Source: a virus. From it: DNA of 64,000 nt. The notes beneath the pieces were generated by a model. The model was not told where the DNA came from. It did not search any database and saw nothing but the letters and a program-made list of their open reading frames with translations. The stretch spans positions 1-64,000 of the IMG/VR virus record IMGVR_UViG_3300040801_002923; one strand, written 5' to 3'. Positions 55,785-64,000 of this stretch are shown here, piece by piece. The position numbers and the translations under genes are program-made. Within the stretch, counting starts at the first letter, position 1; each line of letters begins with the position of its first letter.

Positions 55785-56219
55785 ATGGCGAGATCATATA
55801 AGCAAGGTGTATTCACACCGCGACATCCAGAGAAATATGTAGGCAACGCGAATAATATCGTGTTCCGCAGTTCATGGGAGCTTTCCATGAACCAGTTTCT
55901 AGATAACAACCCCAACATTCTTCGCTGGAGTTCCGAAGAGATCGCCATACCGTACGTTAAACCTACCACCGGACGCGTGCACCGCTACTTCCCTGACTAT
56001 TGGATCGAGTATAAGGACCGTGATGGCAATTTGCTTCAGGAAATACTCGAGGTAAAGCCAAGTACGGAAGTTAACCCTAATCTCAAGAAACGCAAATCCA
56101 ACTACGATAAGCTCACCTATGCAATCAACCTTGCAAAGTGGAAAGCAGCCTCTCAGTTTTGCGAGAAGCGGAACATGAAGTTTAGAATCCTAACCGAAAA
56201 CCAGTTGTTCAGCCGCTAG
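55785..56219 (+). CDS. Head completion nuclease, T4 gp4-like
   Basis: FTPRHPEKYVG, FRSSWE, WSSEEIAIPY, RYFPD, EVKP and KWKAA...FRILTE motifs. Confidence 0.92.
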   Translation: MARSYKQGVFTPRHPEKYVGNANNIVFRSSWELSMNQFLDNNPNILRWSSEEIAIPYVKPTTGRVHRYFPDYWIEYKDRDGNLLQEILEVKPSTEVNPNLKKRKSNYDKLTYAINLAKWKAASQFCEKRNMKFRILTENQLFSR

Positions 56220-56229
56220 TAAATACAAC

Positions 56230-56706
56230 ATGAGCAGCAAAAAAGAAATCGAAGTACCTACATCGCATCCTCTAGAGGCTGTACTTAACGTAGAGGAGGG
56301 GACTACTATGGTCCCTAAAACCATCATCCAGGGTGATGTTGAGCCGCACCAAACCTATGACGAGAAAGACATTGAGATCGATAAGCAGTTTCAAGAGATT
56401 TACGATCTAGCGTTGACTGCGTTCGAAGATCAAACAGAAACGGCTGAAATTGTAGACCCCCAGTACAAGGCCCGCACAGCTGAAGTTGCAGCAGCTTATC
56501 TAACCACCGCTCTCAACGCCGCGAATTCCAAAATGGCACTCAAGCAACAACGCGAGAAGCTAGAGGTGTCCAAGTCTCGTATTACCGGTGGCATCACAAA
56601 CAATGGCAACATGATTGTCACCAATCGTAATGACCTCCTGCGATTGATGGAAGAAAGGGACGGCGAGCGCGACGCAATCGAAGGTGAGTTTTCCTCCGAC
56701 GAGTAA
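56230..56706 (+). CDS. Terminase small subunit (putative)
   Basis: Directly upstream of terL; ARTAEVAA..L..AL.A and TNN...NRNDLL pattern. Confidence 0.75.
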   Translation: MSSKKEIEVPTSHPLEAVLNVEEGTTMVPKTIIQGDVEPHQTYDEKDIEIDKQFQEIYDLALTAFEDQTETAEIVDPQYKARTAEVAAAYLTTALNAANSKMALKQQREKLEVSKSRITGGITNNGNMIVTNRNDLLRLMEERDGERDAIEGEFSSDE

Positions 56707-56736
56707 CCCCTTGGTTTTGGGTATGTAAATACTCAC

Positions 56737-58290
56737 ATGTCACGAGCATTCAAAGATCCGCAAATCAAACGCGCCGGAACCGAGACGGAATATACCGTCG
56801 AGCAGATCCGTGAGTTAAAGAAGTGCATGAACGATCCGGTGTACTTTATCCGGACATACTGCCGAATTCAGCACCCCGTCGAAGGCGCTATTCCGTTTGA
56901 GCTCTACGACTATCAAATTGAGATGGTCGAGAACTTCCACAATCACAGAAACAACATCGTTCTTAGTGCACGGCAGACTGGTAAGTCGACTGTCTCTTCG
57001 ATGTACCTGCTGTGGTTTGCTATGTTCAATTTCGACAAGACAATTCTCATTGCGTCGAATAAGAACAAAGGTGCGATGGAAATGATCGCTCGTATTCAGT
57101 ATGCATACAAGAACCTCCCGCACTGGCTAAAGCCGGGAGTAACTGACGATGGTTGGAACAAGCACTCACTAAAGTTTGACAACGACAGTGAAATTCAGTC
57201 TGAAGCGACGTCGGAGAATTCTGGTCGTGGTATGTCTATCTCCCTACTCTACCTCGATGAGTTTGCGTTTGTTCCCCCAGCTGTAGCTCAAGAATTCTGG
57301 ACAGCCATTGCGCCTACGTTGTCTACAGGTGGTGCTTGTATCATTTCTTCTACACCAAACGGCGATCAAAACATCTTCTCTGAGCTGTGGAACGGTGCTG
57401 AAATGGGAGTAAACAACTTCCATCCTTCTCATGTGCGCTGGGATCAACCACCGGGGCGCACTAAAGCGTTCAAGGAAGACATGATTGCGCAGATTGGTGA
57501 AACGGCCTGGCTGCAAGAATACGAGTGTGAGTTCCTATCATCCGATGCGCTGCTGATCGACACACTTGTTCTTCAGAACTTGACGCCTGGCATATCCAAG
57601 ATCAAACCAGACTTCGAGATCAATGATGTTAAGTTCTGGAAAAGACCACAGAGTGGTGTGCAATACCTTGTTGGAGTTGATCCAGCTACTGGTACCGGCG
57701 AAGACTTCACTGTGATTACTGTTTGGGAATTTCCAGCGATGGAACAAGTGGCTATGTATCGTTCGAATACGATGTCGTCGGCCAAAGTGTATCCGATTCT
57801 CAAGAACCTACTGAAGTTCTTGGAGCGCACTGGGTCGCAGGTCTACTTCTCAATCGAAAACAATGGTGTTGGTGAGGGCCTTCTAGCACTGTATGAAGCA
57901 GACGAAAACCCACCTCTGATGTCCGAAATGATTTCTGAAACGGGCAAGAATCGTCAAGGCGTAACTACGACGGGCAAGTCTAAGATGCGTTGCTGTCTCA
58001 ATCTCAAGGAATTGATTGAGAAGCGAACGATGACAATTAAAAGCGAGCTGATGCTCAAAGAGTTGAAGAAATTCGTTCGTCGCGCGGCTGGGTATTCAGC
58101 ACAAAACGGGGCAACCGACGACATCATTTCTTCAACACTAATCGTCCTTCGAATTCTCGAAGAAATCTCCTCGTATGACCAAGCGGCCTTTGATACGCTC
58201 CGTGCAGTTGAGGACAGTCCGTGGTCCGAAGCTGACGTCATTCACTACGACGAAGAAGACCCTGATCACGGACCTATGCCTTTCATCTAG
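56737..58290 (+). CDS. terL: Terminase large subunit, gp17-like
   Basis: ARQTGKS Walker A, LLYLDEFAFV Walker B, SSTPNG, QEYECEF, GVDPATGTGED, IENN and DD motifs. Confidence 0.96.
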   Translation: MSRAFKDPQIKRAGTETEYTVEQIRELKKCMNDPVYFIRTYCRIQHPVEGAIPFELYDYQIEMVENFHNHRNNIVLSARQTGKSTVSSMYLLWFAMFNFDKTILIASNKNKGAMEMIARIQYAYKNLPHWLKPGVTDDGWNKHSLKFDNDSEIQSEATSENSGRGMSISLLYLDEFAFVPPAVAQEFWTAIAPTLSTGGACIISSTPNGDQNIFSELWNGAEMGVNNFHPSHVRWDQPPGRTKAFKEDMIAQIGETAWLQEYECEFLSSDALLIDTLVLQNLTPGISKIKPDFEINDVKFWKRPQSGVQYLVGVDPATGTGEDFTVITVWEFPAMEQVAMYRSNTMSSAKVYPILKNLLKFLERTGSQVYFSIENNGVGEGLLALYEADENPPLMSEMISETGKNRQGVTTTGKSKMRCCLNLKELIEKRTMTIKSELMLKELKKFVRRAAGYSAQNGATDDIISSTLIVLRILEEISSYDQAAFDTLRAVEDSPWSEADVIHYDEEDPDHGPMPFI

Positions 58291-58346
58291 CGTTGATCTT
58301 CCTGTTGAGCTCAGTGATAACTAAGACTCACAGGAGGAAAATAGCA

Positions 58347-58550
58347 ATGGCTGACCCTAGATATCGATGGCGCGTTGACATCTTCGAATATGAGCGTGGG
58401 TGGGGCAGACGTCACGAAGGCGCGAAGTTTTTCGACGATGAAAACGAAGCGTACCAATTTGTCCGAGACTACAATTCTGAAAACACAGAAACGGTAGTCC
58501 CTGATTGGTATATGGCTGCTTCTGCCCCCCAAAAGGTGCAGGTGGCCTAG
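58347..58550 (+). CDS. Small hypothetical protein (EYERGWG motif)
   Basis: AGGAGG SD; possible sigma70 promoter TTGATC-N17-GATAAC at 58293. Confidence 0.7.
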   Translation: MADPRYRWRVDIFEYERGWGRRHEGAKFFDDENEAYQFVRDYNSENTETVVPDWYMAASAPQKVQVA

Positions 58551-59488
58551 TGGGTATAGATGTTGTAGTTGCGTTCTTCGTATTGGGCGCTGTTTCTGTA
58601 CTCATTCGTTCACCAATCAATTTCCCCGAGGGGCTCTACCAAGGGTTGAGCCTCTTCCTGATGTTGGCTATTGGTCTGAAGGGCGGCGTGGCTTTAGCTG
58701 ACCACTTTACAGCAAATGTCCTGCTCCAATCAGCCGGAGTGCTGACCTTGGGGCTGGTGATACCCATCATAGCCTTTCTGATACTGCGAGGGGTCGGAAA
58801 CTTTGATCGCATAAATGCTGGATCGATAGCGGCACATTATGGCTCTGTTAGTGTCGGAACTTATGCTGTTGCTATGTCTGTGTTGCAGAGTATGAACATC
58901 TCTTACGAAGAGTACTTCCCGATGTTTGTTGTTCTGCTGGAGATGCCGGCAATATTGGTGGGGTTGTGGCTTGCAAACCTGGGTGCTGGTGAGCTCAATA
59001 AGAAAGCGCTCCTACACGAAATGACTTGCAATCAGGGCGTTACGTTGATGCTCGGTGGTCTCATTATTGGTGCAATGGCCGGGCATGAAGGTACGGAATC
59101 AATTATGCCCCTGTTCAAAACCCTATTCAGCGGCGCACTAGCGTTATTCCTCCTCGAAATGGGGATCGTCGCAGCCAAGCGGGCTAGAGACATCGGTAAC
59201 CGTCTGATGTTCTTGTTACCGTTCGGGATGACGATGCCAGTGATAGGCGCCGTGTTGGGGATGTGGATGGGTGATGTGTTGCACTTCTCTCAAGGTGGCG
59301 TGGTTCTACTCACTGTTTTGGCGGCAAGTTGTTCTTACATAGCGGTACCTGCTGTAATGCGCGCTGCTCTGCCTACAGCGGATCATGGGATGGCGATAGC
59401 CACATCGCTTGCAATCACATTCCCATTCAACGTAATTGTTGGAATTCCAATGTACATCTGGTTCATTCAACGCTTGCACTTGGGTTAA
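58550..59488 (+). CDS. sbtA: Sodium-dependent bicarbonate transport family permease (SbtA-like)
   Basis: About 10 hydrophobic segments; FFVLG, LMLAIGLKGG, AAHYGSVSVGT, LFLLEMG, ASCSYIAVPA and ITFPFNVIVGIP motifs. GTG start overlaps the upstream TAG. Confidence 0.88.
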   Translation: MGIDVVVAFFVLGAVSVLIRSPINFPEGLYQGLSLFLMLAIGLKGGVALADHFTANVLLQSAGVLTLGLVIPIIAFLILRGVGNFDRINAGSIAAHYGSVSVGTYAVAMSVLQSMNISYEEYFPMFVVLLEMPAILVGLWLANLGAGELNKKALLHEMTCNQGVTLMLGGLIIGAMAGHEGTESIMPLFKTLFSGALALFLLEMGIVAAKRARDIGNRLMFLLPFGMTMPVIGAVLGMWMGDVLHFSQGGVVLLTVLAASCSYIAVPAVMRAALPTADHGMAIATSLAITFPFNVIVGIPMYIWFIQRLHLG

Positions 59489-59528
59489 ATCCTCTGTATC
59501 ATGCGACTCAACTTCTGAGGATAGAAAC

Positions 59529-60653
59529 ATGTACACAGATCAAGACAAATTCATTCACTGGTACAATGAAGTGTTCCGGTACGATCCACTCTACGCAGCT
59601 ATGTGGGAGACGGTCGAGGGTTCACCGTGGCACCGTGAGGCCAACGTCGGCGTTCACACCGATATGGTAGTCAGTCAATATCTAATGCTGTCCAACAGCG
59701 AAGGGCCGGGCATGCTGGATAGTGAGTGCTTTAACGTCCGCGGCGCTCTCGGATGTGCTTTCCACGACGTTGGTAAGCCGCCCGCTATGCAGATCAAATT
59801 CAAGGAAGATCGTGGGGAGTACAAAGCATTCCATGGTCATGAATTGATTTCAGCCCGCATGTGGGAAAATTGGGCTGTTGGTAACTGGAGCTTTTTGCAA
59901 CGTGAGTTCGGCTTCGAACCCATCGACATCTACACTGTGGGTTGGATGATCGAACATCATGTACCCTGGGCAACCAAGAAGGATGAAAAGCTCGACGCAT
60001 TTGCTGCAACAGCTTACACGACGCTGGGGCATTCATGTGCATGGACCGATATGTTAATGGCTGATCAGCGTGGACGAATCTCTGATTCGAGCCACCAGCG
60101 GTTTGAAGAGGCGCAGATCTGGATTTACGATCATGAAGAGCGTCGTGCTAAGGCTGAGTGGGGGTTCGAGCTGGTCACCGACAAGACGGTGTACATGCTT
60201 ATCGGCGCCCCAGGAGCTGGCAAATCGACGTACCGCCAGAAGCTGCTAGCGGAAAATCCCGGTGCAGCGGTTCTAAGCATGGACGATCTTCGGATCGAGT
60301 TCTATGGTGAGCCGTATGAGAATGCGTTTGCCAAAGCCTCGAAGGACAGCTCTTTCAACGCCAAAGTGGATGCACGGTACATCGACACACTTCGCCAGAA
60401 TGAAGTTGTGATTCTCGACAATACCAATACGGCGGCACGCGCACGTAAGCGCTGGCTCGCTCCGGCACGGGCTCGTGACTTTCGAATTGTTGCGGTGTTG
60501 TTCCCTGTGCAATTGCAGACGGTGCTTGACCGACAGCGGTCGCGAACCGACAAGACAATCCCGGATCAGGTTGTATCCGATATGTACAACCGTATGTCGT
60601 TGCCTATGATCGGCGATTTCGATGAGATTATCGTTCACGACGGCAACCTCTGA
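59529..60653 (+). CDS. HD-domain phosphohydrolase fused to a P-loop (polynucleotide kinase/AAA_33-like) kinase
   Basis: SPWHRE.NV..HT, FHDVGKP, FHGHE and HH..AD..GR; then LIGAPGAGKST, SMDDLR, LDNTN..R and R.K.IP motifs. Confidence 0.85.
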   Translation: MYTDQDKFIHWYNEVFRYDPLYAAMWETVEGSPWHREANVGVHTDMVVSQYLMLSNSEGPGMLDSECFNVRGALGCAFHDVGKPPAMQIKFKEDRGEYKAFHGHELISARMWENWAVGNWSFLQREFGFEPIDIYTVGWMIEHHVPWATKKDEKLDAFAATAYTTLGHSCAWTDMLMADQRGRISDSSHQRFEEAQIWIYDHEERRAKAEWGFELVTDKTVYMLIGAPGAGKSTYRQKLLAENPGAAVLSMDDLRIEFYGEPYENAFAKASKDSSFNAKVDARYIDTLRQNEVVILDNTNTAARARKRWLAPARARDFRIVAVLFPVQLQTVLDRQRSRTDKTIPDQVVSDMYNRMSLPMIGDFDEIIVHDGNL

Positions 60654-60655
60654 GC

Positions 60656-60677
60656 AAGCCCCCTTCTGGGGGCTTTG
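60656..60677 (+). terminator. Intrinsic terminator
   Basis: AAGCCCCC-TTCT-GGGGGCTTT. Confidence 0.7.
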
Positions 60678-60692
60678 CGCTAAATACGATCC

Positions 60693-61241
60693 ATGGAACT
60701 CAAAGTAATCCGTGGTGACCGTCTACTGACTCAATTCAACGAAGACTCTACGTACAACCAACTATACACTGGGATTGTTCAGGCTTTCCCCAACACACGA
60801 AAGCGGCAGAATGCCACAGCTCCGGTTGTGGTTAGTCGTATTGAATATGTCCCGTATGTGAACAACGGTGTGCTACGGGTTGAAGCCGAAGCCCGCAATG
60901 GTCCCGGTCGATATCAACCCGTTATACAGTTTCGTGAAGTGAGCTTTGCAGAACAGGGAGCTAGTAACACCGTCACATTTAGAGCAGCAGACGGTCAGGA
61001 GTATGGCATCGTACCTATCCGTCTAGCGGGGTCAAATATCAAAGTTCGTTGCACGTGTCTCGACTTCTATCACAGATTCAGCATGCACAACCACTCTGAC
61101 GGTAGTTTAGCGGGCAATCCCCCACCTCCGTACGTTCCGAAGGGTGGGCGGCCATCGGTTAATCCAACGCAAACGCCCGGTGTGTGCAAACACATAATTA
61201 AGCTAGTAGAGCAGCTCAAGCGAGCTAGAATCGTTACTTAA
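60693..61241 (+). CDS. Phage protein with a SWIM-like zinc-binding motif
   Basis: VRCTCLDF...PGVCKHI; TAAATA 6 nt upstream. Confidence 0.7.
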   Translation: MELKVIRGDRLLTQFNEDSTYNQLYTGIVQAFPNTRKRQNATAPVVVSRIEYVPYVNNGVLRVEAEARNGPGRYQPVIQFREVSFAEQGASNTVTFRAADGQEYGIVPIRLAGSNIKVRCTCLDFYHRFSMHNHSDGSLAGNPPPPYVPKGGRPSVNPTQTPGVCKHIIKLVEQLKRARIVT

Positions 61242-62169
61242 CGACCTTACCGCCTTTCTTAAACGCGGCAGTGCTGGGCTTCGCAGGTTCTGCTTTGAAA
61301 CTCTCGAGAACAGCCTTCGCGCGCGCGTCAGCTTCCGCATCAATTTGAACTGAGGCGGCCTTGGGGGCACCTTCGGTAATTACAGGTTTGGCTGGAGCAG
61401 CCTTTTTGGCTTCTGCATTTTTCCGCTCAAGTTGAATCTCGCGGCGCTTTTTCTTCTCAGCTTCCTGTCGCTTGTGCTCACGAATAATTTGCTTAACGTC
61501 TTTATCGCTAGTTTTGGCTAGGGCAGAATCACCTGTCTTCTCTTCAGCAGCTAGCAGCTTCTTGGCAACGCGGCGCGCTTCCGTTAGAGCATCTTGATCC
61601 GCAAGCGGTTTAACATCTACCGGCTTTTTAGCTGGTGCTGGTTTGGCGTCCTCAATAATAGTCTCCGAAGACGTCAGACGAGAGATAATGTCCTTGACTT
61701 GATCTTCTGTGACATTATCTCCTGGTCGCGCTGGCCGCTGTACTACCCGCTTCTCAGGCACATGATCTTTGGCCTTTGGTTTCACCGGTGTGGTTGGCGC
61801 CGGCTCTTCGGTTACAGGCTTCGGTGCATCCGCCGCCCGCGACTCGACACGCATTTGCATGTCTTCGCGCTTTACGTAAATCTCCGGGGACTTACTAACG
61901 GTGATTTCGCCTCTATGGGCTTCGAAATAGTAGCCCGTGATCACAGCCGTCACAGTGAATGTGTATGTGGTAGGTACAAGGTATTGCATCTTCGGTAGGT
62001 CAACGCCCCATTTGCCGGGCTTCACACGCTTACACTCAAAACACATGTCAAATGGCTGAGACAAGATGTTGAAGCACACTTTAGCGTCACTATCATCTAG
62101 ACCTTCAACAACAAGGTCGAATTCAAAATAGTGCTCGCGGCTGTTGACGATAATCAGTTGTTCGCTCAT
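61234..62169 (-). CDS. Hypothetical late protein (beta N-domain plus P/K/A-rich tail)
   Basis: AGAGGA SD; TAAATA at 62191-62196. Confidence 0.7.
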   Translation of the reverse strand: MSEQLIIVNSREHYFEFDLVVEGLDDSDAKVCFNILSQPFDMCFECKRVKPGKWGVDLPKMQYLVPTTYTFTVTAVITGYYFEAHRGEITVSKSPEIYVKREDMQMRVESRAADAPKPVTEEPAPTTPVKPKAKDHVPEKRVVQRPARPGDNVTEDQVKDIISRLTSSETIIEDAKPAPAKKPVDVKPLADQDALTEARRVAKKLLAAEEKTGDSALAKTSDKDVKQIIREHKRQEAEKKKRREIQLERKNAEAKKAAPAKPVITEGAPKAASVQIDAEADARAKAVLESFKAEPAKPSTAAFKKGGKVVK

Positions 62170-62204
62170 GAGATCCTCTTGTACAGAGCGTATTTATGGG
62201 AGCC

Positions 62205-62660
62205 TTACCTCTTCTTCCTGAAGTTGAGGGCCTTAACGATGTTCTTGGAGATGCGTTGGATGTTCTGAGCAGCCACTCTCATTCGTTCTTCTGTCATATT
62301 CATGAAATTGGCCACACGAACAATCGTCTTCGCACGCTTAGCAGAAACAATGTATTCCTTTTCTGTGGTGGTTTCACCTATCGTGATTCGAAGGGTAACA
62401 TGATTCTTTTCACGGAAGATGTCAGGATACTCGGGGCGAACGTACCCTGGGTGATCCACAGGCTGATACAGGTTGCCAATCTCCCCAGGCGCCATGGGGT
62501 GGCTACCACCGCCGCCCGGGCGGACAATAACTTCGATCTTACCCGCTAGATGGAAAATGTGAGCTGTAATCAGTCCACCACTACATGCAGGTAAGCAACT
62601 GATGCCGCCTGTAATGATTTGGGTACAAACCTGCGACTCGGTAAGGGTCGTTTCTGACAT
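62205..62660 (-). CDS. Hypothetical protein
   Basis: TAATG coupling with the upstream gene. Confidence 0.65.
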   Translation of the reverse strand: MSETTLTESQVCTQIITGGISCLPACSGGLITAHIFHLAGKIEVIVRPGGGGSHPMAPGEIGNLYQPVDHPGYVRPEYPDIFREKNHVTLRITIGETTTEKEYIVSAKRAKTIVRVANFMNMTEERMRVAAQNIQRISKNIVKALNFRKKR

Positions 62661-63238
62661 TACGGTTGTGGATCTCTCTCACAAACCTCAGCTGTGCTTG
62701 GTGTTCCGGTGCGATCTCTGAGCGTGAAGACAGTCAGAGGTGTCACCCCATCATCGTCAAACACAGTCAGGGTTTTAGCAGTGGTGTCAATGCGAGTACG
62801 GTTTGTGTGGTATTTGCGAACAAGATCAATTAGAGCTTCTATGTCCACAAGATCCAGCAAAATCTGTTCAGTATTCGAGAAAGTCGCGTTCGCCCGCCCG
62901 CCCATCGTAAAGACATCTGTATAAGCAGATTGATCAGCTTCCCATACGCCATCGGCAATCACCTCCGGCTCCGAGGCACAGCAGGCACCCTCTTGAAAGC
63001 GCTCAAATGGGCTGGAAATGCTACTGCCTCCGTCGGCGTCATATACGAAATCCTCACGAGGGTCAAAACCATCTACGTCAGTGAATTCATATTTGTACCA
63101 GCCGTTCGCTACCTCAACCATGGCACCATCATTTACAACTAGCGCATCGTCACTGAGTCGATAGATGTCGATAGTTGGTGTAAGACCTGTTTGTGGCGTG
63201 CCATTGTTTCGAAATCTGGCAGCGATGACTTTTGCCAT
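62660..63238 (-). CDS. Putative virion structural protein (Ig-like N-terminus)
   Basis: Start MAKVIAA at 63238 (AGGAG SD; TATAAATA 63271-63278); PQTGLTPTIDIY..GWYKY and LTVFDDDGVTPL patterns. Confidence 0.65.
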   Translation of the reverse strand: MAKVIAARFRNNGTPQTGLTPTIDIYRLSDDALVVNDGAMVEVANGWYKYEFTDVDGFDPREDFVYDADGGSSISSPFERFQEGACCASEPEVIADGVWEADQSAYTDVFTMGGRANATFSNTEQILLDLVDIEALIDLVRKYHTNRTRIDTTAKTLTVFDDDGVTPLTVFTLRDRTGTPSTAEVCERDPQP

Positions 63239-63340
63239 AACCCTTTGTGCTCCTGACGACGTTCGACTCGTATTTATATCACCTTCCAAACGCGCTTCAT
63301 AAATAAGGCAAACACGTATACACAGGTTTCGGAGCGCTGA

Positions 63341-63586
63341 ATGAGCATGTTTTCCCTTCTTTCGGGTCTAGATCGAGACGCTAAAGCTGCAGCGGCGCTC
63401 GACCCCAATGCACCCAGTATCACATATCAGCAGTACGATATTCCGGTGAGCGGTGAGGAGACATGTGTCCTTATTCCAGAGCGAGAATGTAATAACTTTG
63501 AGAACGCCGTGATAGAAGCCGGTGAGCTCTCACAAATCAAACTGAAGAAGCTGGTGAGGGAACACCGCGGCATCTTCTCACAATAA
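63341..63586 (+). CDS. Small hypothetical protein
   Basis: GGAG SD; TAAATA at 63300. Confidence 0.6.
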   Translation: MSMFSLLSGLDRDAKAAAALDPNAPSITYQQYDIPVSGEETCVLIPERECNNFENAVIEAGELSQIKLKKLVREHRGIFSQ

Positions 63587-63600
63587 CCATAAGGTAGAAT

Positions 63601-64000
63601 ATGTCAGGAGTAGTCCTACTAAGACCAGTTGGTGGCGGCGGATCAGGAACGTCAAATATCACGATCAGTACGATTAACGGCCAGCTGGTACCTACATTTC
63701 AGGACACCACACGTTCAAAGCAGCTTAGCGTTACAGATCACCCAGTTGTGTGGTCTGAAAATAGGCTACGCGACCGCGATTGGCTAAATATTGGTAATGC
63801 CGTCGATGCTGTGAGTGGTTATATTGCTGACCTCAATGGAACAATTGTGAGTGCCGTTGCACAATGTGAGAGCACAGGAGTTGCGGAAAAGGAAATCCAC
63901 GTGTTCGTAAATGGCACAGATCAGGGAAGTTTGGGTATTTTAGGTCCGGGAACTGGAGTGACCTTTATAAATACATCAACAGACATTGACTTTAACCAAG
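63601..64000 (+). CDS. 5' part of a hypothetical beta-rich protein, truncated by the window edge
   Basis: AAGG SD, ATG 63601, frame open to the end (MSGVVLLRPVGGGGSG...). Confidence 0.65.
   Translation, partial: MSGVVLLRPVGGGGSGTSNITISTINGQLVPTFQDTTRSKQLSVTDHPVVWSENRLRDRDWLNIGNAVDAVSGYIADLNGTIVSAVAQCESTGVAEKEIHVFVNGTDQGSLGILGPGTGVTFINTSTDIDFNQ

Noticed and set aside
55785-56219. TnsA-like nuclease suggesting a Tn7 transposon
   Set aside because: Motifs and position beside the terminases fit T4 gp4 head completion protein; no TnsB/TnsC genes or transposon ends were seen.
1-64000. Genome-wide TAG reassignment (genetic code 15)
   Set aside because: Only one internal TAG was found across ~60 kb of long standard-code ORFs, and four genes end in TAG. 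Full recoding would fragment many genes.
1-64000. CRISPR array or diversity-generating retroelement
   Set aside because: No regularly spaced repeats, no reverse transcriptase and no adenine-variant TR/VR pair were seen.

Overview
The window is a gene-dense segment of a large T4-like myovirus (probably a jumbo phage). It holds most of the virion morphogenesis module: tail fibre, giant baseplate proteins, gp6/gp25/gp5/gp53-like proteins, tape measure, portal, protease, scaffold, major capsid, neck, sheath, tube and terminases. Embedded in it is a gp55 late-sigma / gp47 / gp46 / resolvase / DinG-helicase block. About 20 TAAATA (T4 late-type) promoters are present, many placed to give leaderless mRNAs. 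Most notable observations: (1) one in-frame TAG splits an otherwise continuous gp14-like neck gene, while the TAG-ended structural genes carry backup stops; (2) a ~370-nt highly structured non-coding element lies between the resolvase and helicase genes; (3) a cluster of otherwise unrelated small proteins shares a C-terminal Y-x-R-A-M tag; (4) gp46 carries a class-3-type (Ala1, WCT) LAGLIDADG intein in its Walker A motif; (5) a likely -1 frameshift joins two tail chaperone ORFs; (6) an RBS-occluding hairpin overlaps a late promoter; (7) accessory genes encode an SbtA-like bicarbonate transporter, a sulfotransferase, an HD-kinase fusion and a possibly capsid-packaged nucleotidyltransferase. All assignments come from motif recognition by eye; no database searches were run.
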